DNA of 64,000 bases from Bacteroidia bacterium. GTDB lineage: Bacteria > Bacteroidota > Bacteroidia > NS11-12g > UBA9320. The notes under the pieces are model-generated. The model saw only the letters and a list, made by a program, of their open reading frames with translations, had not been told where the DNA came from and did no database searches. The stretch lies in contig JAEPQQ010000001.1 in NCBI GenBank assembly GCA_017640445.1, positions 56,769-120,768 of the forward strand, written 5' to 3'. Of the stretch, positions 50,701-60,700 are shown in pieces (position 1 is the first letter of the stretch; each line of letters begins with the position of its first letter). Made by a program: the position numbers and the translations under genes.

Positions 50701-53700
50701 TCCGCGAAGGATTGGCCAGAAAACCTCCTCCATGCAGGTGTCTTGCTCGGTCATATTGGTGGTTAGTCCGTTGTCCAAACGATACTGCTCATAAACTTCC
50801 CAAATGGTATTGGTGTGTGTCTGACAATCACCATTTGCATCAGGCAATAGATATTCAAAGGCTGTAAGACTCGTTTGGAAATCCGTTCCATGGGATGCAT
50901 AATAAGGCAGGTTTAGGATTGGATCACGTTCAACGCTGGCGGATATCTCGTAGGTCGTATAGTCAATTGTTTGGCTGTTTATGGTTCCAAGTGTGCCAAG
51001 TCCCAATCCCAGAGGATTGTAGTATCCCTTTTTCTGGGCCTCTCGGGGATCTTCGGTAGCTACGAGCTTTGCATCGTATTCGTAGGTGGTTTCAATCGCC
51101 TGGCATTTTGGATAGTAACAATACTCGGGGTGAATGTAGATCAGAGACTCTGCCCACGAACTTTTCCAGAATTTGACAAAATCAAGAACGGATTTGAGCT
51201 CATGAGGTCGCACAAATTTTTGACCGTCTATGACAACATGAGTTGCACCAGAAACAATATCGGGGTAGTTGTTGAATACCGGAATTAATGACTCGGTTCC
51301 ATCTGGGTCGTAATAGAGGTTGGCCGACGTGTTGTGGTTGAAAGGCACTCTCCAGTTGCGATCTGCGCCGCTGCAGGTACGCCATTGGTCGGATAGAATG
51401 GATTTCTGATTATAACCAGCGTCGCCAATCGTTTTGTCAACGTTTCCATATTCGTCCAAGGTGAAATACTTCATGTATTGACCACCAAGTGTGACATCGG
51501 CCAACATGTTTTGGTAGAGTATATCGCAAGGGGACTTTTCTTCACAAATCTCGTTGCACACTTCAATTAAATCCGAAAGCTCTTCTTTCACCGCGATGTA
51601 ATCTGTATGAGAGTTTGTGTCAATGCTGTTTTGCAAACACCAGTTTCGGATACTATCTCTGGTGGAATTCAACTCACCAATCTCATAATCACAATGTTCA
51701 CAGCTTATTTCACATTCAATAGCCATTTGACTTAGTTCCTCCGAAAGGAATTCCGTAAAGGTTTTAACGCAACCCGACTGTTTTAGGTAGTATTCCCGGT
51801 TCTGTTCGAGTCCATTTCGAGTCAGTCGAAGCGTTTTGACCAATGTATATTCACCTAGGCCAAGTTCAAGTGCAATGGGAGCGGGTTGTGCCTTAAAACG
51901 TATTGGTTTCTGACAATCGGCAGAATCGTCAATCGTACCCACCGTAGCTGTAATTGGGCCGCTAGGTATTTGTTCGTTTCCCCATTGGTCGATTAAGCTG
52001 ATGGTCATTTCATATTCACACGAGTAACAGAAGTTGGTGTCGCAAGCTGCCGACATCTGCAGGGGCTGGAATTCGTAATTGAATTTCCAACTATCTTTCT
52101 GAGTGACAAGAAATGTGTGGTTAATTACTTTTTCTTTTTGGTTTGAAACCGTGTTGTTCCAAAAGACATCGTATCCATCCACACCGGCTATATGACCAAT
52201 AGGTTCCAAACTTGGGGTATTGTCGTCATCACCCGCTAAAGCAGTTGCAATGGTTCGACCAAACAGATCTATATACGTTAGTGAAACCTGTCCATTGACG
52301 TCTTGCGTCATAATCTTTTTGTAGTTGGAATAAGGCCCCACTTCGGCCGCGAAAAGCACGTCTAGTTCTTCCTGCGTAGGAAGACCCTCCCATACTACAG
52401 TTTGCTTACCTTCACTTAACGTGGAATTGTGGTCGTAAGCTGTAAGTTGGTGAGTCTTACCAACAGAACCTGAACGGCTAAGCCGAACTTCAGGATCGTT
52501 TGTGAATTCTTGCTGTGAAAATGCATAACCATCGGCATCTGGTAGAAAGCTGTGTCGTCTTTTTACGTTCTCGGAGTACGAACTTGCTTGCAGATAGGTT
52601 TGAAACTGATCGGAGTAGTAATAATTTGAGCCAGACAAATCACTCATCTTATTCACCAGAATCTCATGAGAAACAGTGCTGCCTAAGTTGTAGTTTAGAT
52701 CAAAGTCAGTATAGCTGTAGTTCTGTCCGCTTGGATTTTGATTCAGTTTTTCGCGGAAATCATAACCTCGCTGATCGAAAACGGGTGATGGCATCACTGA
52801 AACCGCGGGGCGTCCGAGGTGATCGTAGATACTAGAGGCAACTACCGGGAGATCATTTTCGTGGTCCATGGATAGCTGACTACGCGTTCTAAGAAGACCG
52901 TCGGACCATTCAAGGAGGATGTCATATTTAGTTTCCTCTGCGTAGGTCGTAGACCTGTTCCAGTTCCTCGAAACATCGTAGTTCTGAACTTTTAGAGAAG
53001 TTTTTCCCGATGTCTGTCCAAGGCTGACTTGAGATTGGTCCGGTAAGGACCATAAGGTGGCAATTTTTCGACTTGATTGAGTTAGTTTTTCGCTTAGAGC
53101 CCGGACTCGATAAACCAAATACCCTTCTGGAAGAAAGATTGGGATGTCTAAACTCGTCCCGTCTGTAACGCGAATACGTGTGGCACTATGACGAAAATCA
53201 ATGTATATCGCAGACAATGGGGGGAGGTTTGGGTTTCGGTTTTCGGGAGACTGGATGAAGGCAAACTCAACTTCATATGATTCTGCTCCCGGTTTGCTTG
53301 GCCAGGTTAGTCTAATTTCCTGATCCTTTGCATTAACATTTGGCTTATCAGACGAAATGGACATCAAATTATGATCTAATGCATTTTTGGTCATCGCCTC
53401 AATTCGATTGATTTCGATTCGGTTTTCGAGTTGTATTACAGGAAGTTGCGCGTTGGGGTAGGTCAAACCAGAGCCTGTTACCGCGACATTGTTTATGGTA
53501 ACCTTGGACCAAATAACATCTTCTAACGTAATTACCACTCGGTCAACTTCCTTGGCAGTCTGACCTGGGTCATACTTCAATTGTATAGTTTTTAGTATGG
53601 GTGGTTGAGTCACAAACACATTGCCTATCAATTTGTCCGTCTCTATGGTTAGATCAATGTCGAACGTAATGGCAGAGGCAATTAGGTTCAAATTGGACCG

Positions 53701-54009
53701 GTCAATGTTGAGTATGATGCGGTTGTCCACTTTTCGATTGTAAAAACTTGTGGTCCATGCCGGGTTATTATAAATTGAACCTGTTCGGGGAGGAACGTCA
53801 TGTTGATTGTCCACAACCTGAGCGGAGGCGGGAAGCGATGTCACTGTATTAACCCCGGAAGTAAAGGGATATTCCTTTGCCTTGGCGTTCAATCCCGAAA
53901 TCAAGATCATGAACAACATCAGCGCGAGTGTAACCAGATTCGAACGGTGTCTGCCTACCAGTGATGCGTCGACTATTGTCTGTTTATTGGTTTGTCTGTA
54001 AATATTCAT
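44014..54009 (-). CDS. Giant (3331 aa) RHS/YD-repeat protein with an N-terminal signal/anchor, a Cys-rich ~2200-aa N-terminal region, an RHS shell, and a C-terminal polymorphic-toxin-like domain
   Basis: YD repeats from about residue 2220 (YYYDRSGSL, YRYNSLGKI, WYDELGRPI, YTVYDELGRTV ...). The RHS core terminus is QYDSRLGRRWNVDPV...YSCYANNPIWIIDPSGA. A 252-aa C-terminal extension follows. Confidence 0.9.
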   Translation of the reverse strand: MNIYRQTNKQTIVDASLVGRHRSNLVTLALMLFMILISGLNAKAKEYPFTSGVNTVTSLPASAQVVDNQHDVPPRTGSIYNNPAWTTSFYNRKVDNRIILNIDRSNLNLIASAITFDIDLTIETDKLIGNVFVTQPPILKTIQLKYDPGQTAKEVDRVVITLEDVIWSKVTINNVAVTGSGLTYPNAQLPVIQLENRIEINRIEAMTKNALDHNLMSISSDKPNVNAKDQEIRLTWPSKPGAESYEVEFAFIQSPENRNPNLPPLSAIYIDFRHSATRIRVTDGTSLDIPIFLPEGYLVYRVRALSEKLTQSSRKIATLWSLPDQSQVSLGQTSGKTSLKVQNYDVSRNWNRSTTYAEETKYDILLEWSDGLLRTRSQLSMDHENDLPVVASSIYDHLGRPAVSVMPSPVFDQRGYDFREKLNQNPSGQNYSYTDFDLNYNLGSTVSHEILVNKMSDLSGSNYYYSDQFQTYLQASSYSENVKRRHSFLPDADGYAFSQQEFTNDPEVRLSRSGSVGKTHQLTAYDHNSTLSEGKQTVVWEGLPTQEELDVLFAAEVGPYSNYKKIMTQDVNGQVSLTYIDLFGRTIATALAGDDDNTPSLEPIGHIAGVDGYDVFWNNTVSNQKEKVINHTFLVTQKDSWKFNYEFQPLQMSAACDTNFCYSCEYEMTISLIDQWGNEQIPSGPITATVGTIDDSADCQKPIRFKAQPAPIALELGLGEYTLVKTLRLTRNGLEQNREYYLKQSGCVKTFTEFLSEELSQMAIECEISCEHCDYEIGELNSTRDSIRNWCLQNSIDTNSHTDYIAVKEELSDLIEVCNEICEEKSPCDILYQNMLADVTLGGQYMKYFTLDEYGNVDKTIGDAGYNQKSILSDQWRTCSGADRNWRVPFNHNTSANLYYDPDGTESLIPVFNNYPDIVSGATHVVIDGQKFVRPHELKSVLDFVKFWKSSWAESLIYIHPEYCYYPKCQAIETTYEYDAKLVATEDPREAQKKGYYNPLGLGLGTLGTINSQTIDYTTYEISASVERDPILNLPYYASHGTDFQTSLTAFEYLLPDANGDCQTHTNTIWEVYEQYRLDNGLTTNMTEQDTCMEEVFWPILRGMYLSQKRAWLKDYYTNSCDQTSICDLEIPQSLLGVPRWPGAQDISSLDDIEQGWGSIMNLCNAEDYENLINDQITSSCERNCEDNVNMWIEWLSDCSKISNLTEGDFNAFKADLQNLCMSGCDIDNPYGSITRSLKNSTNTTTYPFGNLHDVFKKHLGNDWFEEGICDDLLIQFPGVYGHDYLATDDPDANDCICDTIKWSSPHACPDLVVHSILDSCGCSYPHDLAMAKASQRHVFPAEKCQNCIVCKDLNDPVYQFYERYDSAAIKLAAGDPLYQDMLTTWVNRSFGFNLTYYEYEVFARNCIDPGYDSTVGQLWNTLSRKLLVSYFDESYPFDLKNDDIYLNGGKPEKIRYAAETPVLKVPSLSPFIKAGFARKKVTTEWATTNERFVIPGEQTSEVSQSQDVESIKCQCERIMKIGHLLDSGHSGGLPAEDLYDSLFNTSWPSSWNFNNMRQICCKLWKGIPVNDPTPCEPDDYLPGMKFPPESNLHIQQQLDVNPPADLTRLDESTCDPEIEFETETGFLDTCGCKELKKIREDYDSYLAGTPPQTPPITLEAFALREKGFAIDNIQSLLEACEKMWGTGERKDNSGNTVNGWTSTSNWNNISGSNLEEYAEDMDWLLNKSLLCNPKEPCVDNIPCDRLTFHFMKAVREAYNIDLIVNGQNLGNISSHLPGVLYLAPLDQMGDIYDIMDASKTGSGTINDARLALLEEIERLLNLEFSKCNPNAGYSLSFYLNKLRGCHKKDPCVEKLPCETIGQAFKDFLVNNPRPDDPGYAQPNLRQLAGDLGELYYQYHPYNGTITQAVQDMLDWFALLEDFFNARFNKCYNGTTQSKKSLESFIQFTGPCSSGVTLDPKPKPCPKCYTVDMEYLDAFRAFLDQITRKDQPNYLYATDWNFTGIGAFDINSFYNNPTLYDNGFSNHLEYVLKEVKVPELVVTIEDQNGYEMAFNLTFPSAAKKWNFGEIVEFLDVKPLEVHGCRPPDMFKLIAVYRMPKKYWGSKANCPNVTIGSEDYCYDTIGLTGRFQTIDIGVEVPCLNCARLCNKPFFRPIVDPEPCFEEDIEVAMTNALTRYDDYLKRRIELFDSMYVNVCMNSDSLKETMRVRYNDRTLHHMLYYYDRSGSLVKTVPPAGVDVDNASLSNIDRLLLANDRIAKTAAYRSGNLATRPLTYHDLATQYRYNSLGKIVSQETPDGGESNMWYDELGRPILSQNEDQAVDNKFAYTVYDELGRTVESGIVDPQNPPSGGMTSEFAATNSSVTNMLDVSGNPSYKSEVLRSYFDEANASQPIYDAFADLGGQQNLRNWISYSTYEQVNDNNDATYDHGVFYSYDAMGNLSRYVQDLPTLAPLERNLFSIDYTFDLLSGNVLKTIYQKNQADQFVHRLVYDRNNQLVEVQTSRDDYSWESESRYEYYFHGPLARQELGELNVQGMDYAYTLQGWVKGVNGAVLNSTEDIGQDGMQIPTNPNRWVARDAFAYDLSYFNEDYTPINGGAYGPDKTGSDVASAYDALYNGNIAMMTTSIPMENDYINGSLKADVMGNVYRYDQLNRIFKHRVFQNINSAQDAWLNTSATGEALYYEDFQYDGNGNITRLRRNGHLTPSVEMDSLIYHYDKRGKSATVSSPGGSVTLNWEGMHSNKLYHVNDQPLLTSRYTNDVDDPGTSFTSTPSQINTDNTYGYDVLGNLTRDESSAISEIVWTASGKIKEIKRGANDAQPDLEFGYDVFNNRMYKVVKPKDASNNNTLLDESHWQIEYYIRDGEGKVLATYTRAYPSNGSHYTDQLKINEFTIYGSSRIGVQHIDTVLVEREFTATLDDSRLTSRDYSAYPINVLFVVDTVVHYTERGLKTYELSNHLGNVLVTIQDRKQGVDYTSNGTIDYFIPYVIKAQDYYAFGSLMDERGFEAGSYATSTYKYGFQGQEADDEIHGSGNSLTAQFWQYDSRLGRRWNVDPVVKHDQSGYSCYANNPIWIIDPSGADSVLLDGVWKWKIEENDWFSKISIWTGIPTEDLMAWNKEYEAKNLPIGEYLNLNDPKPTYSLGELGQVNVIHFEPFSRGLDFYGHKSPINGYFTGIVLDTKLADDVGYVNWVQTIKTNYPHNEYKLLNYNRGTPVLRELEYTDPPVPNDPPHFYSGYDRKNKVPVYGDNLEIGYRSFSDQPGRPKHQDGPVYWVAELSLVRQVGDSYVPILSLTYGFDLQSDGTGKARMLQKIETTSQYHTNVINSIPVPKK
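44773..47360 (-). other. RHS/YD-repeat shell region (~860 aa) of the giant protein
   Basis: Many Yx(Y)DxxGRL/NL-type repeats were read from the translation. The boundaries are approximate. Confidence 0.7.
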
Positions 54010-54027
54010 TTCAATACGTGTTTGGGG

Positions 54028-54708
54028 TTAAAGTTTGTATAGCTCAATTTGGTCTAATTCAGGTTCGTCCTGAAGCTCCAGCGTCTTGAGATTAATTACG
54101 TTAGCTGGATCTATGAGTACCGGTATTAGTCGTTCGTCTGTGTTGCGCTGAACCATCCGCATTACGGTGCGATGGATTTCCGACTGCCCAAGTGCATTTT
54201 TGCGCACCTGGGTCAAAACCGTCTCTTCCAATTCATCGGTGCTTCTCCGAAACTTGATCGTAAGGGTCACATCATCCAGGTAGTAGGTGTTGATTCGAAA
54301 AGGCCCTTCATTTTTCGACCTTATTATTTGGATGGAATCAGCGTTACTAAACCCAGCCAATTGATGAATCACGCTGTCCGGGATTTGATTTTTGCGTTTG
54401 ATCCGAATTTTGGCTCGGCGAACCGGTAATGGGGTTCTTCTTACCAGAGTTGCGATCTTCGACTCCGCATACACCGTTAGTACGTTGCTCGCCCATGTGT
54501 ACTGCCTGTAGGCATCCCCAAATTCCGTGTATGTTATGCCTTTACAGCTACCTTCTTCCATTTGCAGTGAGTCCGTTAAATCGAGGTTTACGTAGTTGTA
54601 TTGCCGCCAGGTTTTAAGGTAGCAAGCAGGTTTGTTGGGTTTTTCTTGTCCAAAACCTGGGATGTATAAGAATACTAAGAACAGAGATATAGAAACTAGT
54701 TTTTTCAT
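54028..54708 (-). CDS. Small secreted protein (226 aa) sandwiched between the two giant genes
   Basis: Signal MKKLVSISLFLVFLYIPGFGQ. It lies 5 bp after the SpvB-like gene stop and 18 bp before the RHS gene start. Confidence 0.6.
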   Translation of the reverse strand: MKKLVSISLFLVFLYIPGFGQEKPNKPACYLKTWRQYNYVNLDLTDSLQMEEGSCKGITYTEFGDAYRQYTWASNVLTVYAESKIATLVRRTPLPVRRAKIRIKRKNQIPDSVIHQLAGFSNADSIQIIRSKNEGPFRINTYYLDDVTLTIKFRRSTDELEETVLTQVRKNALGQSEIHRTVMRMVQRNTDERLIPVLIDPANVINLKTLELQDEPELDQIELYKL

Positions 54709-54713
54709 GGTTA

Positions 54714-57700
54714 TTAATCTTTAAAGCTTTGGTAATTTTCACTGAGTGTCATGATGCCACGGTCTGTTTCCACCTTATTGCGTTGGAGACGTCCGGCTTC
54801 ATTGTATTCGTAGAATGTGGCAAAATTATTTGGTCCGAGACTGGCCATAAGTCGTTTACGGTCTTTGTCGTACACGTAAGCATTCATAATGGCATCTTCA
54901 GGGAAAATCATGATATCATCCACAAAACAGGGAAGGGCCGGCTCGCCTGTCCGTCTGTTTACCATAAACCGCATTCGCTCGATTTCTTCTCCTGCCAGGA
55001 GCGTAAAGCGATAGGTCATTTTTCTCCATTCATTGACGAAAACATCCGGTGTTTCAGTGGTTAACCCAACCGGTGTAGAAGTGCCCCCTACATCTTTGGT
55101 CAGGTGGAACTCGAATTGGCCTTCAAATCCTTCTTTTACCCAAAGTGAAACAATGTATTCCTGGTCTGTATCTGGTTTGAGGTAGAAGTTGGTTGCGAAG
55201 TGGCTTTTGGTAAGCACATTTGAAGGCGTACCAGGAGAAGGAGCGCCTTCGTCAGACGCATCGTTGTCTAGCTCAACGTCAGTCCAGCCATCACCTAACA
55301 TAAGGGCCTTATTGCCTGTGTGGGCCTGTTGTTCGCTTATGCGATTTACACCACCGATTAGGGCCTCACCTACACGCCAGTGTCTAAATGATTCACAGAA
55401 CTCTTCCTGCCAGTCAGGTGTAACAACCGTATTAAGGCCTAAGTAGTCCTGACAATTCAGTTCCACATAAGCGTCACCAGAATAGTCCTCAAAACTCTCA
55501 AAAAGTACTTCGTTGTAGGCGGCGTTGGATACAGCAGCGACTGGTAACGAACGTTGGTAATCATATAGGATAGAATTGCGTATACCATTGAGGGCACTAA
55601 CGGTTTCCAGATCGTTGCCAAGAAAGTCAGTTTTAGTTACGGAGTCTTTCCAGGTCCAGGGGTTTGTCAAACTTTGAGTTGAGTTCTTTTGCCAGGTAGA
55701 TGTAGATGAATTGTAGGTCCAGTAGGGTTTGAAATCTGATAAGTAACCCGATTCACGAATGTTTGTCGAATTGGGGTCGGTAGATACATCTTGCACCTGA
55801 ACCCGGGTAGAATGAGCGTTCCGCTTTTCATAATACACCACTTCGGATGCGGGTCGCCAATTACCCTTTAACCCGTATACATATGGGTTAATAATATCTC
55901 CCGGATGGAAAGCCGACCACATGGAACACAACGCACAGTTTGGAAGTGGATGCATGGGATTCTCATCGTCTCTTCCACAATCACAGGGCGCAGGTTTGCC
56001 ATAAAAAATCCCGTTACCCGCACCAGAATCCAAACTGTCATAGTGAAAGCCAAAGTCTTGAGTGTAAGAACTCGGAGTGTTGCGATAGCCATAACCATAA
56101 GCTGTTAGGTCACCACTAACCTGCGGAACTGCTGGTAGTGTACACATAGGCTCCGCACAGTATCTGAACTTATAAAGCATTTTGCGTTCGTCATGATAGT
56201 CGATTGTTTTCGCCGAAATAACTTTATCCCAATTTGCGAACTCATGCCACTTCCCGGTTGAGTGGTCTAGGGGGTTGTCCTTGAGTACAATGGTTTCCGC
56301 ACCATATGTCAACAGGTTTTTATGTCCTGAACGGAATACGCGAAGCCGATTAGTAGGTGTGGTGTTATTCCCAAGTTGATCAATTAGTTCAACGGTTCCG
56401 TTATGGGATGATAGCACCCAGTATTTTGTGGTGTTAGCGAAATCGTCGGGCACCAGAATGTCTCCTGGCAGTAAACTACCTGAAGGATCAGTTAGTGAAC
56501 TTCCATTCCACTGAAGCTCCACCGTTAAGCCAAGGTTCTCGTATGCTCCGGCAAGCTGACCGTTCATCCAGTAAGCTGGTTTGTTCAGGGTGTACACGTT
56601 GTCGTTAAATTCGTCCTTGGTCTTTGTCACCATCACTTTACCGGTTACTGCATCCCATGCCATGTTTTTGATAAAGGTGTGATTGCCCTTGTCCATGGTG
56701 TGAATCGAATCCAATATGCCATTTCGGAATACTTGTTTGGTTACAATCATGATCCGGGAATCGTTGGAGTGATATGCATAACTCCCAAATACAGAAGGTA
56801 TTATTGGGATTGGCATAGGGTTAGCAATGTCTACATTGGGTGTAATGGCACCATCCTGATTAATTTCAGTAGTTCGGAACGCAAAAACCGTGGGCACCAT
56901 TTGAACCCCCATTTCTACATCTTCAAAACTTCCATCTTTGCGTAAAACGGTAACGGTGTTGACCAATGCATTTTTAGAGTCCATTTTGTAGTGAAAAGTC
57001 TTCGATGTAATTGCATTTTTACCATTGGGCTTAAACGTTTTTACGGATTTGGGTTTGCCATGCATATCGTTTTGCTCAATCATAAAACCCTGTGAAGCGG
57101 CCGCAAACCCCAACTTGGCTTGTACGTCAAACCCAAACGTAAACTTCTTGCTATCACTTTCGGCTGGTTCTTTTGCAACTCCATCTGTTGAAGGTTCTTT
57201 GGACTTAAAGGTGTCTTTGAGTTGTGGAGAAGTGAAGTTCCGGATGCGCTTGTCGATAGTGGTCATTGAAGATTTGGTAGGAAAGTCATAGGCCGTATAG
57301 AATTCGTATTCGGTTCGGCCGGTTTGGTGCCTCACAATGTCTTGGTGTGGGGCTACATGTTGAACCGTAACCTTACTGTAGCCTACCTGGGCAGCTGGAT
57401 AAAACTCTTCTCCAATAGGTCCTAAATCGTAACCAATCGAAACAGAACCCAATGGCCCACTTCTTTTTCGCCGATATACGTCTTTTAGTGCCTCGTACTG
57501 AATCGGACGAACAAGTGGATTTTCCTCTCCTCCAATAAATGGTTCGTATATGGCAACACCTGAGGTAGATGTACTATCACTTCCTTTGTTGTAGGTGTAC
57601 AGCGTGGTGTAAGAAGCTTCCGATTCGGTACTATCCGACATGTGGTGCCAGCCGTCATAAGTGGTGACTGTTTTTACGCGATGGCCACCACCATATTTTT

Positions 57701-60700
57701 TTCTTTGTGGATGAAGAAGTCGAATAAACGATCGATCAATATCAATACGTTGAGCATGACTACGAGCCTGATAGTAATTAACCGAGCCCATAATCGACTT
57801 AATATACTCAGGTATTATGCCTACCGCCTGATTCACTGCATCATCGATTTTTTCTGATGTATTACTACGCTTGGTGTATCCTTTTGGATTCATGACATGA
57901 GGCACATTGCTCAACGCATATTGCAATGCCATTTTAGTTACAGGATTGACCTTAGTCGGCTGCAACCGTCCAAGTTCATATGGGGCCACCTTAATATAGG
58001 CTTTGTTTGTACTGGCAATATCACCGTGTTCTACTACAGAGAAGAAGCCGGAAACCTGCTCATTAGCCAGGCGTTCTCCGGTGCGCGCCAGGTTGACGTT
58101 GAAACTGAAAAAAACAAGACTGTCGTTAGTGATGTAATCGACGGAGGTGGTTCCGGGATCTTTTTCAAAGGTGATGTACAGGTTTGGGTCCTGTATGCCG
58201 TCGTATAATTCGTTGTCATCATAATCCGAAAGCGATCCTCTGATCCCACTAATGGGTCTCATTACCATGGCGGGTTCGTTTTGTACATACGCATAGTCAT
58301 CGGATTCGTAGGTCCAAGTAATTTTCCCGCCGGAGGGTAAGGTTACATCTGACATCATCCAGGCCGAGGCCCAGGTGTCAATATTGTTTGGGTCTTGGTG
58401 GGTATAAGGAAAGTGAGCCAAGGTCGTTTGACGGTCGTCGGAAACTCCACTTTTTTTGTACAGATCGAGTGGATGGTATGTACCCCACCGGTCACCACTG
58501 AGGTACGCATAATCTGGGTTAGCCGTATTGTACTCAAATAGGTAGGGGTCGGATGTAGCCATACCAAACGAATGGTCAATAAACTGAAGCGTATGCAGGG
58601 TAAGTTTACCACCGGAAAACTTAACATTTGAGCCATATCCGGCCACAAGATCCTTAAGAGGATGCTCGTTACAAGAGCTAGAAACGCTAGGTGCCTGGTA
58701 AGTTTTTACACCTTGGCAGAGGTCATAGGAGTACCCCAGTTTAATCTCTCGGGTTGGGCTGGCAGAAAGTCCGTCCTTTTCAAATGACGCACGGTCGAAA
58801 ATTTTGATGCCAACCAGGCATTTTTGGCGATTCCCAGAGGTATTGATGCCGCCATTGCGCCCGACATTGCCATAACCATCTGCGCGATCTTCAAGTTCGA
58901 AGACAACAATCTCGTTTTTGGTTTCAATGCTGTGCATATACCACTGTTCCCGTTGCCCGTATGAAAAACTTGCTTGATCATCGAGTTCGTCTGATTCGTA
59001 ACCTCTGGCCCAGTTTGCGTCTGTAAAAGGAGTTCTCCAGTTGAATAGGGAGTGGTACATGTCTGAGCTAGACGAGTTGTAATCCGGCATGCCATAGTTG
59101 AATTTGACATAATTCCCCAAGTCATCTTTTGTTGGGCCGTCGCCAGTTAAGTCTGAATAATCTTGAGATAAGATAGTGGTCAATAGGAAAGTACTGGCGT
59201 ATGAAGGCGTTTTAACCTCTTCAAAGAAGTTGTTGATACCCTTTTTGTTTGACTCACTGTCGTCTGCATTGCCCGATTTGGTATAGCTTGTGGTCTTGCT
59301 TAGGTAATCATCAAGGTCCTGGCCTGAGCCACTGCCGTCTACGGCAAACCGCACATTGTATTCGTTAACCTGATACACCGGCAAGCCAAAGTTGTATAAC
59401 ATACCGTCTGGTTGGAGTACGTTGATTTCGGAGATGTGGTGCCCCTTACGATAGTCAGAAGCGCGGTCTATTTCGTCATAATTAAGTGATGTTGACCCGG
59501 AACTGGTTGTGGAAACCCTATATGAGGTTTGACAAGCAGCTCCGGTTGATTCAAATTGATAGCTTCGTAGTTTGGCAGTGATGCCTTGTTTACTCGCCTC
59601 ATCGGCGGTAAGATAGGAAATGGCTTGCAGCCGAGCGCCACGCGACGATTTAGCCGCCTGTGCACTAAGTGTACCCATATCGTTTCCCTGAACGCCAACC
59701 ATGTCGTTGGTTATACGCCATGCCGATAATTTATCACGGGTATTGCTTTTGAGTCCAAACTTGATAGCCTGTTTGCCGCCAAGTTGGTTGTCATAGGCCA
59801 TATCTGTTTCCACAAACTCGAAGTCGTTACGCAGGGCAAAGGGCTCGTATGTACTATTGACACTCCTGTCTTTGAATTTTAAGTAGGGAGCTGCCTCGTT
59901 TTTGCCTTCCCAACGCTCTGTTTTTTTGATGACGTGTCGGAGCCCGAATTTTCCGGCAATTTCCCAGTTGGTGCCACCGCCTATTTCAACTTGTATTTTC
60001 GGATTGGTAAAGGTGGTAACCTTTCCGAGAGAAGGGGTAAGGATACCTATACTGTTTTGCTTAATCTTGAAACTGCCGCCAACCCCGTTTGCAGATACAT
60101 TAAATACGTCATAGGTTGCAACAGTTGGTGGTAGTTTTTGCGTTGTTTTGTCAATGACCATTGAGGCAACTTGATGGTCAAGGAGTGCTCCTTCAGCCTC
60201 GGTGCCTTCCTGAAAATAGAGGCTGCCATAGGCCTTGGAAGCCTTGAATTTTTTTGAGTACTTCTCAGTGGATACAACAACTTTTCCGGAGATGGCCCGA
60301 TCATCGGCAAATATTTTATCCCCTGATATGGCGAGACCGAAGACCTTGACCGATGCATGAATGTCAGGGTTAAACTGCGGGAGGTAAGAAGATGAAAGGA
60401 AGTTGGCCCCGAAATTGGCCACATCTGTTGCTCCATAGCGAAATCTGGGTTTCTTTAACGCCATGGACTTTAGCCCTTTTTCCGTACTGAATTTGATTGA
60501 AGGACTCGAAAGCAAGATGTGGTATCGTTTTTCTTTTCCTCCTAACCATCTATTGTCCAAAAAACCTATGCGCGGCACTACCTCATAGGAGTTGCCGTCA
60601 AACGCACTGTAAGACGTCTTAAAGTCAAGAATTGGTATTTTTTGGGTAATTGAGGAGTCTCGCAGAACTATGGCAATAATGGAGTCGGAAAGAGTTGAAT

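Noticed and set aside
44175-52835. Many 60-117-aa plus-strand ORFs inside the two giant minus-strand genes (e.g. 46818-47171, 48767-49075, 49298-49642, 50562-50867, 52515-52835, and 55189-61531 inside the SpvB-like gene)
   Set aside because: They are antisense to long, motif-rich coding frames. Their products are low-complexity with no signals. They are expected by chance in a 10 kb and a 6.6 kb ORF.
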